Source of the DNA: the human T2T-CHM13v2.0 reference genome, Homo sapiens
DNA: 64,000 nucleotides
Reading direction: 5' to 3' (one strand)
Assembly (NCBI RefSeq): GCF_009914755.1
Contig: NC_060930.1
Part shown: piece by piece, positions 63,205 through 64,000 of the stretch
How positions within the stretch are numbered: position 1 is the stretch's first letter
Layout of the letters: every line of letters begins with the position of its first letter
Notes under the pieces: model-generated
Database searches by the model: none
What the model saw: the letters and a program-made list of their open reading frames with translations, nothing else
What the model was told of the DNA's origin: nothing
Made by a program: the position numbers and the translations under genes

Positions 63205-64000
63205 CTCACACCCCACAGATACTCTGAACTATTGCATCACTCCCATGATTTGTCATAACTGTAGCCACAAGAGCAGCCTACGATACCTTGTGTCTTCTGG
63301 AGGCATGTAATTAGAGACCCCATGAAATAAAGTCACATACAAATGATTCACCAGGAAAAGCCAACATCACTGGGAATGGAATGTTAATTTTTTAATCTGC
63401 ATAAGATTGAAATTACAGTTAAGATCCTGTTTGACGGAACATGGTTTCACATTTGAACTCTGGAGAAAAAATAACCTGGGGACATGGGTTCTCATTTTAG
63501 AATCTTATTGATAAGTGAAATGATAACATTTACTCTCTAAACCATTGTCTTGACCTGAATGGGTAGCAAAAACATCACCCTAAAAAGTCACCACAAAATG
63601 AAGACCTGAAGGCTTCAAATAGGAATTTTTTTGCCCTAGGGTGTACTCCTGAGATTCTACCATTAGGGGTGCTATTCTTTGATTTTTCTAAATCTTATCA
63701 GGACATTAAAGCCACTGTGAAAGTGAATATTCTCCATGGACAGCTGCCACTTTAATCCTTTATCAGCCAACACCTTCACTATAAGTGAGAATAAAAACCA
63801 GCAGAAATAGGCTTGGTGGGCCCCAGTGGATGGGAGCAGAGGCACTGGAAGGGGAATTGGAAATTTGCATAAACAAGTTCTGCTTCATGATATTTATTTA
63901 TTTATGCCAAATCTAGCCAGTCACTTCTCTTTAGGTTTTTTGCCATGCCTGGTATTTTATTTTTAAGTCATGTATTTGTTCTAATATTTATTGGACAATT

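Overview
Primate genomic DNA, human or very close (Alu-dense, CpG-depleted). It is recognisable as the 5' end of HBS1L on the minus strand plus ~35 kb of the HBS1L-MYB intergenic interval. Coding exons 1-4 (28942-28900, 24898-24833, 16377-16252, 14018-13824; all GT-AG, phase-1 introns) splice in frame onto a 1469-nt alternative terminal coding exon (12277-10809). This gives a 632-aa GTPase-less protein, the known HBS1LV3/HBS1L3 SKI7-like isoform. The GTPase exons of the long isoform lie beyond position 1. A CpG-island promoter with NRF1/YY1/E2F motifs sits at ~28.8-29.3 kb. The rest is mostly repeats: ~38 Alu copies or fragments, old L1s, ERV1/MaLR/ERVL solo LTRs and DNA transposons. The most notable signals are four. 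(i) The SKI7-exon acceptor overlaps a strong 5' splice site that would close a stop-containing 160-nt exon, a possible splice switch. (ii) A strong-Kozak, in-frame 16-codon uORF lies ahead of this ribosome-rescue factor. (iii) The SKI7 exon carries a ~20-residue periodic [ST]LxxL array and a duplicated PFDF motif. (iv) A ~100-bp templated copy of nearby DNA is inserted into an L1 with repair-like junctions. No new gene system is demonstrated. Almost all short ORFs in the track are Alu- or low-complexity noise. Repeat subfamily names come from recalled consensus sequences and were not computed.
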